A DNA stretch of 64,000 nt, taken from positions 19,284,001 to 19,348,000 of the forward strand of contig NC_045696.1 in the NCBI RefSeq assembly GCF_009834535.1, given 5' to 3'. Within the stretch, counting starts at the first letter, position 1; each line of letters begins with the position of its first letter. Shown piece by piece: positions 13,430 to 25,539 of the stretch. Both the position numbers and the translations under genes were made by a program. Below the pieces are notes generated by a model, which saw only the letters and a program-made list of their open reading frames with translations, was not told where the DNA came from and searched no databases. Source of the stretch: Camelus ferus (taxonomy: Eukaryota).

Positions 13430-15900
13430 TTAAGCAACTTTGTATGCATTTATTTGAAGCAATTTAAGGACACTGCTTCTCCTTTCTAGAGTTGCCTGTG
13501 CTCCATTCATTTTGCTTACTTATCTCCACCCACTCCCACCCTCTACTTTTATTATAAAACAAATTAGATACATCAAAACATTTCATTCATACCACTAAGC
13601 ATGTATCTCTAAAAAGTAAGCATTTAAAAATATAACCATAATATCATTAATACACCTAAAATCTGTGTTAATACTTTAATATGATCCAATCTTGAGTGTC
13701 AGGGTTCTAATTCCAAATATTTCATACGTGTCACAATTTTTTAACAATGCTTTAAAGGATATTTAAATTAGTATTTTTTTAGTTTCTTTTCCTTTACAGA
13801 CTGTCATTCATTCTCTCTCTTTGTCTCTCCTCTCTTTCCCCTCTCACCCCTTTTCATTCACTCATAGAATAAACTTTTTATTTTTGTTATTTTCCTTTGG
13901 ATTTATTTTATTTTTTATAATTTTTCTTCCTATAACATTTCCTGCATTCCAGATTTTGCTAATAGTACTGCTGTAGAATTATGAAACTGTTTTCTCTGGT
14001 GATTGTTTTTCCTGTATATTGGTAGATGAATCTAGATTCAGGTTTGATTTTTATGGATAAGATTATTTTATAGCTTATCTGTATGCTGTTCTGTCTTTTC
14101 AACAGAAGACACAGTTTCTGTAAGGCAACACATATAGTCTGATTGTTTTCTTTTTATGATACCAGCAGCTATTTGTGATTAATGCATAGATCCATTGCAT
14201 AATTAAGAATTGCAAAAAATTATTTTTTAAAATAGTTTTATTGAAGTATAGTCAGTTTACAGTGTTGTGTCAATTTCTGGTGTACAGTACAATGCTTCAG
14301 TCATACATAAATATACATATATTTACTTTTATATTCTTTTTCACCATAAGTTACCACATGATACTGAGCATAGTTCCCTGGGCTATACAGTATGAATTTG
14401 TTGTTCATCTATTTTATATATATTTGTTAGTATCTGCAAATTTTGAACTCCCAATTTATCCCTTCCCGCTCCCTTCCAATCCTGGTAACCATAAGTTTGT
14501 TTTCTATGTCTGTGAGTCTGTTTCTGTTTTGTAAATAAGTTTATTTGTGTTTTTTTTTTCCAGATTTCACATATAAGTGATATATGGTATTTTTCTTTCT
14601 CTTTCTGGTTTGCTTCACTTAGAATGACAGTCTCCAGGTCCCATAAAAAAAAAGTATTCTAATCCGATGGTTCATTTTTCATGTATTACCTGGAAAATTT
14701 CTATGAAAAGAAATTCCCCGTCATTCCCTACTTGATTACCCAGTAGCACATATAATTCCTAAAGAAAAGACTTAAATACTTCTTTCCTTTGACTTTATTA
14801 GATCTCAACATAGTTTTTCCTCGAGCTTCAAAAATGAACGTTTAAAAAATATAATTAATTTATGATTAATTAGGTATTGAGTTAACTGGGTAATTTATGG
14901 TTAGTATGGGTATAAATGTATTTGATGGATTTATTTTTTGTGATGTCAAGCATATGCCATCTTCAGCTATTGAAAGCTCTTTCTAATAGGTTCCCATGTC
15001 ATTTTGACATGATCCTAATCCTCTCCAGAGCTTCCCTGCCATCTGATTTTAGGAGATTACAGACTCAGCTTGTGTATTATCTTGTCCAGAGCTAGAATGT
15101 GACATTTCTCCATCTCTTGGCTCCTTTTTTGTGGAAGGCCTATCTGGACACTAGAGATGCTATTGCTAAGGAATAGCCCATTGTTTTGGGGTCTTTTTAG
15201 TAGAAAGTGCTAGAAAAGCTTTGTCTGCTGGTTTTCAAAATGAAGCACATAATGAGTTTATAATAATATTTTTAATTTAAAATGCAGATTATAGGATTTT
15301 TACTTAGCCTGTTTTATCTTTTATTTGTATCTCCCTTAGCATGCTTAGAAGCTTTTTTCTCTAGGACATTGGGAATGAGAAAATTAAAATGTTATATAAT
15401 AATTCAATTTTTATACCTTACAAAAAAATATAGTCACCTCCAAAATTAAAATATCACACTACTTAAAACAATATAATTTTTTAAGTTAATACTTCTGTAA
15501 TACTTATTTTTATCCCACTATAAATTTATAGTCAAATTACTGTGTTTTAAATTCATTTGGCACAATATTGCCTGTGTGGATATGACCAACTCTGTGCATA
15601 TTATATGCATTTTTAAAATTTTACTTTTGATTATATAATTTTGGATATTTTAGTGTAATTTTGTTTAATAAGTGTATGAAATATTTACATGACTCTAAAG
15701 TAAAATTTACAAAACAAGGACTGTTTAAAGAAGCCTAGTTTTTAAGACAAGGTAGTCCCCTCTATCTTATTTCTTCCATTATATATAACCTTTATTTTTA
15801 CTTCATAGAATATTCTTTCATAATTTGTTTATTATAAGCATATATTTTTGTATTCTTCATCTGTCTTAAAGTGAACCATACTGTAAATCACTTCATTATA
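13430..15900 (-). mobile_element. Old L1MC-type 3' region, interrupted by a younger L1 at 14223-14644
   Basis: aaattagatacatcaaaacatttcatt...gcatgtatctctaaaaagtaag...aatgcatagatccatt...gattacccagtagcaca, L1MC4/5-like 3'UTR; boundaries approximate. Confidence 0.65.
14223..14644 (-). mobile_element. 5'-truncated camelid/artiodactyl L1 (3'UTR)
   Basis: ttttattgaagtatagtcagtttacagtgttgtgtcaatttctggtgtacag...ggtaaccataagtttgttttctatgtctgtgagtctgtttctgttttgtaaataag...cttcacttagaatgacagtctccaggtcc; flanks aaaaaattatt / aaaaaagtatt resemble a TSD. Confidence 0.92.
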
Positions 15901-16858
15901 ATATATAGACATAAAATATATGATTTTAAAAATTCAGATGTATTTTAAGAAAAATCCTTAACATTCTGTGTAAAATGAAGGAGTAAGAGACTATCTTTCA
16001 TATTTTGAGCTGCTTATTGTAAACTTTCTTGTATTGTAAATAAGGACTTCATAGGTATCCGAAAAGATATAAACTTTGTCTCCTTATGAAGGGAAGGCTA
16101 CACATTTTCTTATGTATTGTAGAATATTTATTGTGATGTATATTTGAACTCAGAACAATCTTTCAGAGAAGGGGGACAAAGATACGTTAGGGTTGGTTGT
16201 CACTTGGAGGTGGGGAAAAAATGCCCATTGTGTTTGCTTCATTTTGGAAATTGGAGCATGGTTTCTAAAAACCTCTAATTTCCTCTGAGTCTGAGAATAA
16301 CCTTTCCCAGCAGGCAGTAAATACTAACTTCAGCAAGATGACGCTATCTTCTATAAGAATCTTAAAATTAAGATCTGCTTTTTAAAATAGTATTTATTAA
16401 TATATCTCATTGAATGGATGAGAGCTCCAAATGAGGACATTTTCCTTTAAGTAATGTAAACCAATTTAGAATTGCCATTAAGTTGTGATTTTGAATTGCT
16501 CCAGTCATGGCTAATTACCAAAGAACTAGTTTTAAATTCTTCCCATTTGTCTTCTCTCTTAAATTTAGAAAAGAGAAAAAATGTTGATGGCTGAGGTAAG
16601 TGTGTGATTTGCTCCAATCAGAGAATTTTGTCAGGTGTTCATATTTACCCTTTGCAATGAAAGTTTACATGCCCAAAATGCCTGGAAACAATTTCCACGT
16701 CACCTTGAAAACACATCTTGGAATTTTAAGTGTGTTTGCTTTAACCGAAATTAATACTAAAAACAAAAAACAAAAAGCAAAAAAACACATAGAATTCCTG
16801 TAATAACTCATTATGGTCAGAAGTGGATTAATCTTTTGCATATATGCAATATATGTAA

Positions 16859-17050
16859 GTTTATTTTAAAATTTTTTATTGAAGTATAGTTATTTTACAA
16901 TGTTGTGTTAATTTCTGGTGTATAGCATAGTGATTCAGTTATACATATATACATATTCCTTTTCATATTCTTTTTCATTATAGACCATTACAAGGTATTA
17001 AGTATAGTTCCCTGTGCCATATAGTAGGATCTTGCTGTTTATTTATATAT

Positions 17051-17053
<3 letters not shown>
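16859..17053 (-). mobile_element. 5'-truncated artiodactyl L1 3' end, followed by (TA)n to ~17081
   Basis: ttttttattgaagtatagttattttacaatgttgtgttaatttctggtgtatagcatagtgattcagttatacatatatac...atagttccctgtgccatatagtagga. Confidence 0.9.
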
Positions 17054-17081
<28 letters not shown>

Positions 17082-18689
17082 GGTTTAAAAAATCAAATAC
17101 CTTACCAACTAGACTACACATTTTTAAAGTAAACACCTAGGGAATCAATTCTCTCTCAACTTTCTACTCTTTTATTTATATTTTATTACTCAAGAATGTG
17201 AACAAGGACTTTTATTGTTCAAAATAAAGGGAAAACTCACCTACTGCCTGGAGTGTTGCATGCTTGTGATGAGAACATACTGAGCAAAGGGCATTTAATG
17301 TGGGAGAGGAAAACATTCTGAAAGGGAAATTGAGGGCATACAAAATGCAACTTTTCTTTAGTACAGTTAACTCTGATCTCTAATGCGTGTTATACCTTCC
17401 AGCTGCAGAGATACATATTTCATTCAGTAAGCCATCTTCACAAAACACTGGCATGTTTGAACATGGACCCAAAGATGGCACAGATGATAATGATGGATGG
17501 ATTATGTTTTGGAAAATGCCCTGAGCTTATATTGCTTTTGAGGAAAGCTGCTTTTACAATGACCTGATTTGGGGGAATCCAAGTAAAGGAGATGGGTTAA
17601 AGGCAATTAGGAGTCAAGTACAAAATCAAAGCAATGATTAGCTGAAAGTGTATACATAGGCTAGGCAATTGGATGTTGTGTAGAGTCTCTACATTGGAAA
17701 TTTATGGCAAAAATTTGATTCCTTCCATATTATAATTTTTAAATTATATGTGACTATTTTTTCCATTGCTATGGCTAATTCAGAGCTGAACGTAATTCAG
17801 TTCTTTTTTATATGCACCAGTAAATTATTAAAGATTTTATGATATACAAGGAAAAAAAATACCTCAAGGCTTAAAGATAATCATAACAAAAGAGATCCAT
17901 GGAAATTGGGGGAAAATGCAGGAGTCAAATATATTATTTCTCCCCATTGCCTCTCATACATTGCCCTTCTAGCAATTAAGCTCCTTTTTATTCACCTCTT
18001 GAAGATATTGAATTTTAAATATTGAAGAAATCACATTTCATTGAAAACTGCAACTTTCATTTTGGAATAAAAGATTTAGTTTATAAGAGATGAGACTTTA
18101 ATCTGAATTTCCTTTTTTAAGGGTATTGCATTTCATTATCTGGAAGCCCTACATATAAAAGGAATAGAGAGATTATTTTTTTTCCAAACTCAGGATGTTT
18201 AGAGATCCCTTCAAAAAATGTTAATTTACTTTTTAGATATGGAGATTTGATTTTTGAACTGATGGACTGTTATTTTAAGGCTGAAAACTGTGTATCAGTC
18301 AACCTAATGTCCCATTCTGTATCTTCAAATGAATCATCGCCTCTTTTCTCAGACGTTATTTCCAGATGTGTGGGAGGTGGCCAAATTCCTTTTTATAGGA
18401 ACTTTATGATGCCTCCTCCAAGGAATACATGAACATTGACAATTGTCTTCACTGTTTCAGCTCCTAGCTTTGTCTATTAAAGTAACTGGGAAAGGCACGG
18501 AGTTCACTAGTGACCCACCTCAGCTTATCTACACTGTGTTAAAAGTTCCAAGATAAGTGGAAAATGTAAGATAAGTGGAAAACGTAATTTTTTGTCAAAT
18601 TACCCCATGAAACCTGTATTTGTATATCTCTGAATTAAGTGCTTAAAAATACAACCCTAATTTTTAACTTACTGTTCATAAAGAAAGAA

Positions 18690-18830
18690 AAATATTTTCA
18701 CTTTACAAATAAGGGAACTCAAGTCAAAGAAGAGTTATTAAATAGTGCTCAAAAAAGAAGCAGCTGATAAGATTGAAATAAGGATTTAATGCACAATCTC
18801 TGGCTCCATATCCCAGGTTCTTTAACTTAC
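18690..18830 (-). mobile_element. MIR SINE fragment
   Basis: cactttacaaataagggaactcaagtcaaagaagagtta...cagctgataag...ggatttaatgcac...ctggctccatatcccaggttctttaac. Confidence 0.65.
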
Positions 18831-21800
18831 AGTCTCCTCGTACACAATGTGAGGACCAGGCTTAGTAACTGTGAGTGCCTTGAAGGATACATAGACACTT
18901 AATTTCTCTTTCCATTTTTACCTCCCTGTGTTGAGCATCCTGAGATTAACCCTTAGCTCATTTTTCCATGCCTATATATATTCATTCCCTCAGGCACCCC
19001 ACTCCCTACCTCAACATCAACAACCCACATCAACCCCCGACATCAACAACTACCTTTAAACTTATAATGTACAAATCTGGACCTCAGCTCTGTCTTCTCA
19101 TCAGTTTCGTTTTGTTTTGTTTTGTTTTGTTTTTAATCGCATGTATCCCACTCTGCCAGATGTCTCCTTATTGATCCCCTGCTAATGTCTCAAAAATACA
19201 TTCTTTATTTTTGTTTTTCTTCCCAATTTCCCTACAATGTCAGCAGTTCTGCCATTGCCATCAAACCTTTGTGATTGTCCTTTCCCCTGAACACCCCAGT
19301 TATTCCAGTTTCTAGGATTGTAGGCATTTTTAATCTCTTCCTACCATCGTCATCCTATGCTAGCACATGGAAACCATGTGAAATAGGAAATTAGAGACAT
19401 TTACCAGTGTGATAAAAAAATACATTGAAAGTAATTTTAAAAAATAACTAATTTTCTTGCAAAATTTGTGCTAAAATGTTATGAAAAATTATCTTGTACT
19501 GCAAATAATATATATATACACATATATAGAGAGATACAAATGAACATAATGTTGAAACAATTGTGTTTCTAAGAGATCACTCTCTTTGAGATAACATCTC
19601 TAGATCATTGAGATTCCTCTTATGACTGAATGGCATATGGCTCTTCCTAAAATGAAATTTGAACTCAAATTAGCTACTCTTTTTTAAAAAAATTTGTAAC
19701 CAAAATCAAGCAAGAAAATAAATAGTTTTAGCAACATAATTCACTTCTGTTACCTTCACAGTTTTCATCTCTCATTTTGTGGATTTTATTGTCCTAATTA
19801 GAATTATTTCTTATCACCATCCCTATATGGAACCTATTAAAAAATACCCTAGTCTGACACTAAAAGGACATGATAGTGAATAGTCAAGCTTGCCTTATTG
19901 CCAATTTTAAATATTTTTTTCTGAACACTATATTCTTTTGACAAATGATATTGTGTTGCCATCTTCACTTAATGTTCTTTGTCTTGTAGACACATGTTAT
20001 TATAACATTAATGATGTAAGAAGAAAGAAAAAAAGAAGGAAGGGAGAGAAGAAAGAAAGAAATCTCATAATCTCTAGCCTTGTAGACTTATTAAGATAAT
20101 AGATTAAAAGTTCAAGAGAGATCTCTTCCCACTCTTAAACAGGAAAACAGTACTAGTTCAGTTTCTACCCAAATATAATACCTAATTTAAAGGAACGCGT
20201 AAGAGCATAATATATAGGGAAAAAAAAGAATCAGATAATTAATATGATCTAACTTTTATTGAGTCTGTCTACAAAATCTGTGGGGCATAGAATAAAAGAA
20301 AAATATATCCCAAGGACAATGAAGGTGAAGAAATTTCCTATTCAGACTGAGCTTCCGAAGGTCTATAACAGAAGTATCCAAATAACCACATTCATTACCA
20401 TGCTTCATCCCAGAAAACCTAGGGTGGAGAACAAATTACCTTGTACATCCTCTTTCTTACAGTGAGTAATCTTGCATTATTCATCATCATCAAGGAAGCT
20501 ATAGTAATAACCACTAACTGAGTCATTAGAAGCCAACACTCACAGGTGACCCAATGGGAAATACTGCTCCGTGAGTAATGATGTAGCCAGCATTAAGCAA
20601 ATGGTGTCAAGGAACTGTGAGGAAAGACGATCTATACAGTTTTAATGCAAACACATTAAATTCTCAAGATCCATGTCCTTTTGCAATACGGATGATATGA
20701 AATTAGCCAACAACTACATGTTTGTCAATAACACATGCACACCCACAAACATATACACAGTTGGTCCCTGTACCAGAATAGGAAAAGACATTGCCTGGAC
20801 ACTGGAAAAAATCATCACAGCCATTGATTGAGTAAGAAATAAATATGTCAGTGCCTCTTCTCTATTTATTATTTTAAATCTTCATTGATAAATCACTGTA
20901 ACTCACATTAGTCATGCATTTTGTAATAGATTTTATAGTCAAATTGTTCATCTAGATAGGTCCTAGCAAACATTTGCCCTGTACATCCTGTATGTGACTT
21001 TGACCTCATCACAAGTCTGGTCTTCTATACTTATAGACAGTTGGGCTCCTTAAAGAAAATACTAAGATAGCAGGTTCAAACTAAACCCTATCTCTAGCCA
21101 AAAACTCACTGTTTACATTAAATTATATTGACTAATGAAAACCTATGTCAAATTAATTTTACTATTCCCAAAAATTTCCCACCCAGAAAGATGAAGTTGC
21201 AGATAACATTGTTTATTTTCGAAACTTGCCCATTATCTTTCTATCCAAACACTAGCCTACTGCAGTTGTCAGGGAAATAGAGCTCTTCTAAGAGCAATTG
21301 ATTACTGTACTCTTTAAAATTCATTTCAAAACTCTCAACTCACTCTGAGCACTGTAACTAAACTATTTTTTCACAGATCCTGATTATGATTCCACTTTGT
21401 AAAATCCACCTTAAACCAATCCAAAACTCGAATAAATATTCTGCCTTTGAACTCTCCTCCCATGTGCTATCACAACTCAGCAATGTAGTAGTATTTCTCA
21501 CTGCAGTAAGCAATAAACTTGCGGTGATTTTAGTGGTGTCTTTGGGAAATTGCCTGTTGATGTACACTCACAGTTAAAATTCTTGAATAAAAATGTGAGC
21601 AAATAGAACAGGAAGCATTTATCCTCTCTGAAAGAAAAGAATTTTAAAACATACAATAATAATATATTTTAAACTATATTTTACCGTATTTATTAGAGAC
21701 TACCGTAATTGAGCTAGTGAAGGGTCTTTGCCTTTTAAAGAAAGCATTTATAAGAGAGAGGTGTCCTATATGAGTTCTATCTCTATAACTTATATGTAAA

Positions 21801-23668
21801 AATAAACTGGCACAAGGAAAGAAGCACTTTAAAAAAATGTACTGACAAACAACCACAGAAAAGTCAGCCCCAGGCAAAATGTGTATGTCAATTAAAAAAA
21901 AAACCTCTTTATTGCATTATAAGAAAAAATAGGCCCCTTTTTATGCATAAAAATTAATTCCAAATACTGACCCGTCTTCTTTGAAGCTATTTTAAGAACT
22001 GATTTCTAAAGTTCATCTTTCCAGTTTAATATCATGTTAATTAACATCTTAAAATGTAGAGCTTTCAAAATATCACTTCTTCAATATTAATTTTCCTTCC
22101 AGTAGACTTTCTAATTTAAAAATGTTCTAGTACTCCTGTTTTATAGATTGACATGACTTAGTTTGTCAAATGTATGTGAAATGTCTGGCCTCAATTTTGC
22201 CAACAGAAAACTGTGTAGCATCCATAATTTTTAGCTTCAGGTTTGAGCAACCAGGGGGGAATGAGACTTACTCTGTGCCCTAAAGAAAGTTTTACTCAGA
22301 TAGAATTCAGAAAAAGTAAATAGGAAATTATAATACAATTCCTTAAGTGTAAAAATTAAAATGGACATTTGCAGCCAGAAGAGAAACACCTATCCAAGCC
22401 TTGGAGATACAGGGTCAAATTCTCCTTAAAATTTCTAGAAAACTAGATATGGCTTGACCATATTTTGTCATATGGGAGTTACGTCATTGACATATGCCAT
22501 GTTTTCTTGCTGCCCAGTAACTAGGGAAAACCTCTCAAACATAATCAACAGAACCTTATGATATCTGTAACTAAACTATGAAAATACATCTTTAACAATG
22601 TTTACTTCTGCAATAGTATATTTCCTGCTTTTCCTCCTAAAACATTACCGTGACTCACTTTGTTTTCACATGTGTATTTAAATCTCTCAGATGTATACTT
22701 CACTTTTATTGAACTTCTCCTTTTACAAAAATAAGTACTTAAGTAGTTTTCAGATGTAGCTTTACCTTGTTGCCTTCTTTCTCCACTCTTTCTAAAATGT
22801 AAAGTTAAATTGCTTTTCAAATATGTGCTATTATGCATCAAAATTTCCTTTACTTTTGTGTGCAAGGGCTTTTCCTTCCCCTTCAAATCTCAAAATAATA
22901 ATTGATAAATGTGGGACAGTTTTGAATTGCTCTCCTAACATTCATGGGTTATAACTGGTATGATAACCTCCTGCTTCTGGTTGGTGGTCAACATCCCTTA
23001 TTTCTTCCCTCAGCAGATTCTCCTTAAGCAACAAAATACATGCTTCAGAACATGTGCTTTCGTTTCTTTAAAGCTTGGATTTCGTTTCTTTAAGCACTGC
23101 TATATTAGAGGAATTTTCAGCCTCCTAAATGCCATCAGCTCAAGACTGATCTCAAAAAAAATCTAACAATATCAACCTCTGTTGGTGTCAAGATTCAGAT
23201 AAAAGTGTTGGTTTGCCAATCAGATGAACCCACACGAGACTGCAATTTGGAGAAAAGAAGCACATGTTCAACTTGGAGAAGCGGTAGATTGAGTCCTTCC
23301 TGCATCGGCTTCTGTAACCATGGGAGCTTCCTCCAGAGCTTGGTGGGGTCAGTAGGAGCTGGAGTGGTTTCCTTAGCAACCTGTTCTGTATTTAAGGACG
23401 CTTTGTTTCCAGCCTGGCTCTCCAGTCCTCTCAGCAGATACATGGACCATCAAATAAAAACAAAAACAAAACTAAAAACCTCTCTTTCTGTTTAGTCAGT
23501 AAGAGTTAGACCTGTCACAATCAAAATTGATTATTTTGGCCTCTGAATGGTTAAATCATGAAACCCCTATGATATAGCAAGCTTATCTTTTAAACCATCC
23601 TTGCACTCGGCGAAGTTTAAGTGGAGGAGCACCAAGAAGTAACCACAAAAGAAAGAAGTTCTAATTGA

Positions 23669-24526
23669 TGTATTATCAGAACATGTGTGCTTGTCAACAG
23701 TGGCTGAAGAACACATTACCCCAGAATTTTTCAGTTAACACAACACATGAATATTATAATTTCTGTGGGTCAATAATCCAAGTATGGCACAGCTGGGCCT
23801 TCTCTTTCAGTATCCCAGTAGGTAGGCTGTAATCAAGGTGCCAGTCTCACCAAAAGTTTCAATTCAGGAAGAAACCATTTACTAGCTCACTCAGCCAATG
23901 AATATTAAAACAAAACCAAGAGCAAATAGTGAACATTATTATGATTATAGTCTGTCACTCATTCACTACTGCAAATAAAATGCCAACAGTGAGTATTATT
24001 CACTGGTCCCGTAAGAGGTCTGACACTGAACACCACCCCAAGGATGATGTCCATTACTCCCATATGCTTCTCCATTGTAATGGCGCCGTCCTTCCTGATT
24101 TGGGTCAAAGTCCACTAGTTCTACCTGGTCCACTTCATCAGTCTCTTCTACCTCCTTCCTCTCAGGTAGGAGTTTTTCCAGCAATGGAAGTTTATCAGGC
24201 GAGAGTTCACTCAGTGAACATTCCGTACCTTAATGTTGGATTGAGGGCCTTAATTCTTCGTTGGCTCTTGGCCTGAGGCTGCTTGAAGTCCTTGCCATGC
24301 AGGTCTCTCATGGTTATTTCATCAATGCATGCAATTTGAGAAAATAATTTGGAGAGTGTGCTAGCAATACAGAAGTCACGGTCTTTTGTAAATTAATCTG
24401 AAAAGTGAAATTTCAACTTTGCTGTGCTCTGTAGTTTAGAAGCAAGTGTCTCAAGGGGAGGGTATTACCCAAGGCCATGAACATCAGGAAGAAGAATTAC
24501 TGGGCCCCTCTTGTCTGCCTAACACA
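23669..24526 (-). mobile_element. MaLR LTR (MLT1F-like) split in two by the DNAJA1 fragment
   Basis: Left part: tttctgtgggtcaataatccaagtatggcacagctggg...ggctgtaatcaaggtgcca. Right part: gagggccttaattcttcgttggct...agaagcaagt...caaggggagggtattacccaaggccatgaacatcagga...gtctgcctaacaca. Confidence 0.8.
23901..24205 (-). pseudogene. DNAJA1: Fragment of DNAJA1 (Hsp40): last ~64 codons plus ~110 nt of 3'UTR; non-functional copy
   Basis: The minus strand from 24205 reads [64 protein letters not shown]. This matches the recalled mammalian DNAJA1 C-terminus ([64 protein letters not shown]). It is followed by DNAJA1-like 3'UTR (ccagtgaataatactcactgttggcattttatttgcagtagtgaatgagtg...). There is no start or J domain, and the stop is replaced by TAC. 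Confidence 0.95.
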
Positions 24527-25080
24527 ATTAGACTTTAATCAACCTACAGATAATCTTTCTTATGCTTAGCCAAAAAATAGCTGAAAAATAAGTCTTTATT
24601 GTTGAAAGCTATGCAAGTTATTGCCAGATAGGTAAAGCAATTCCATTTGTTAAGGCATTAACACAGCATTATTTGGGAGAAGATTTAAACTTCAACTATT
24701 TGTGTGGATTGTACAGTTTGAAATGGACAATCTAAGACATATGACACGAAATTAAAAAATTAAATCTGTAGCAGAGGGAAAAGATTGTTGATGAGGTGAC
24801 ACTTGGAAACTTCAGAAGATATGCACAAACTGTCTTTAATTACTGTTTCAACACTGATACTAAGAAATTATTCAATTATGGACTGCTGTTAAAAGTATTT
24901 GGCTAAAAATGGTTTGCATTGTAAAAATGAGACCAAAAGCAGAAGTCCTTGAAAATAAAAGAGAAAGATCTGTAACCTGGTGAAGGATTTTATCACCAGC
25001 AGGGAAAAATTAAAAACTGTATGTTATTTGACTTACAAAGTTTTGTTTTGTTTCATTTTTTTTAACATTTATAGTAAGGC

Positions 25081-25215
25081 TGTGACATAGAAAATACAGA
25101 TTTTTGACTACCCAAAAGACCATCAGAATAGCTTGTTGATCAACCAAAGCTGAGTTTATTACCTGCTGTATTAAGGGAAAGTGTCAACCTGACAGTTACA
25201 GTACTGCCTGGGAAA
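25081..25215 (-). mobile_element. Old ERV1-type LTR fragment (MER89/MER110-like)
   Basis: tgactacccaaaagaccatcagaatagcttgttgatcaaccaaagctgagtttatt; similar to 38975-39030. Confidence 0.45.
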
Positions 25216-25539
25216 AGGGAAAACAGGAGCAAAACAGTGTCATCATAATAGGATGTATTTCTACCAAGGAAAAAAATGAGCAAATATTGCTAAACAATCA
25301 CAGGATTGCTAGAAAGGGTTTCTTATCCCCAGAAAACAAAACAAAACAAATTAAAAGAAAAAAACCTCCAATTTTGAGAAATGGATAACAGGCAATTAGA
25401 ACTCAACTCAATGAAAGTCTTAAATCACTATTACATTTAGAGAAACTTCTGAGTAAAGTGTCAAGGAACCTCAGAGGAGCAAGCTATTTCTGAAAGGGGA
25501 GAACTGAACAAAAACGGTAAAGGGACCTAAATTCTATCT

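Noticed and set aside
23188..23495. Three overlapping ORFs on both strands
   Set aside because: No recognisable protein; better explained by locally higher GC content and treated as a regulatory candidate instead
23929..24276. 115-aa plus-strand ORF
   Set aside because: Antisense shadow of the DNAJA1 fragment running into MLT1; non-ATG start and no recognisable protein
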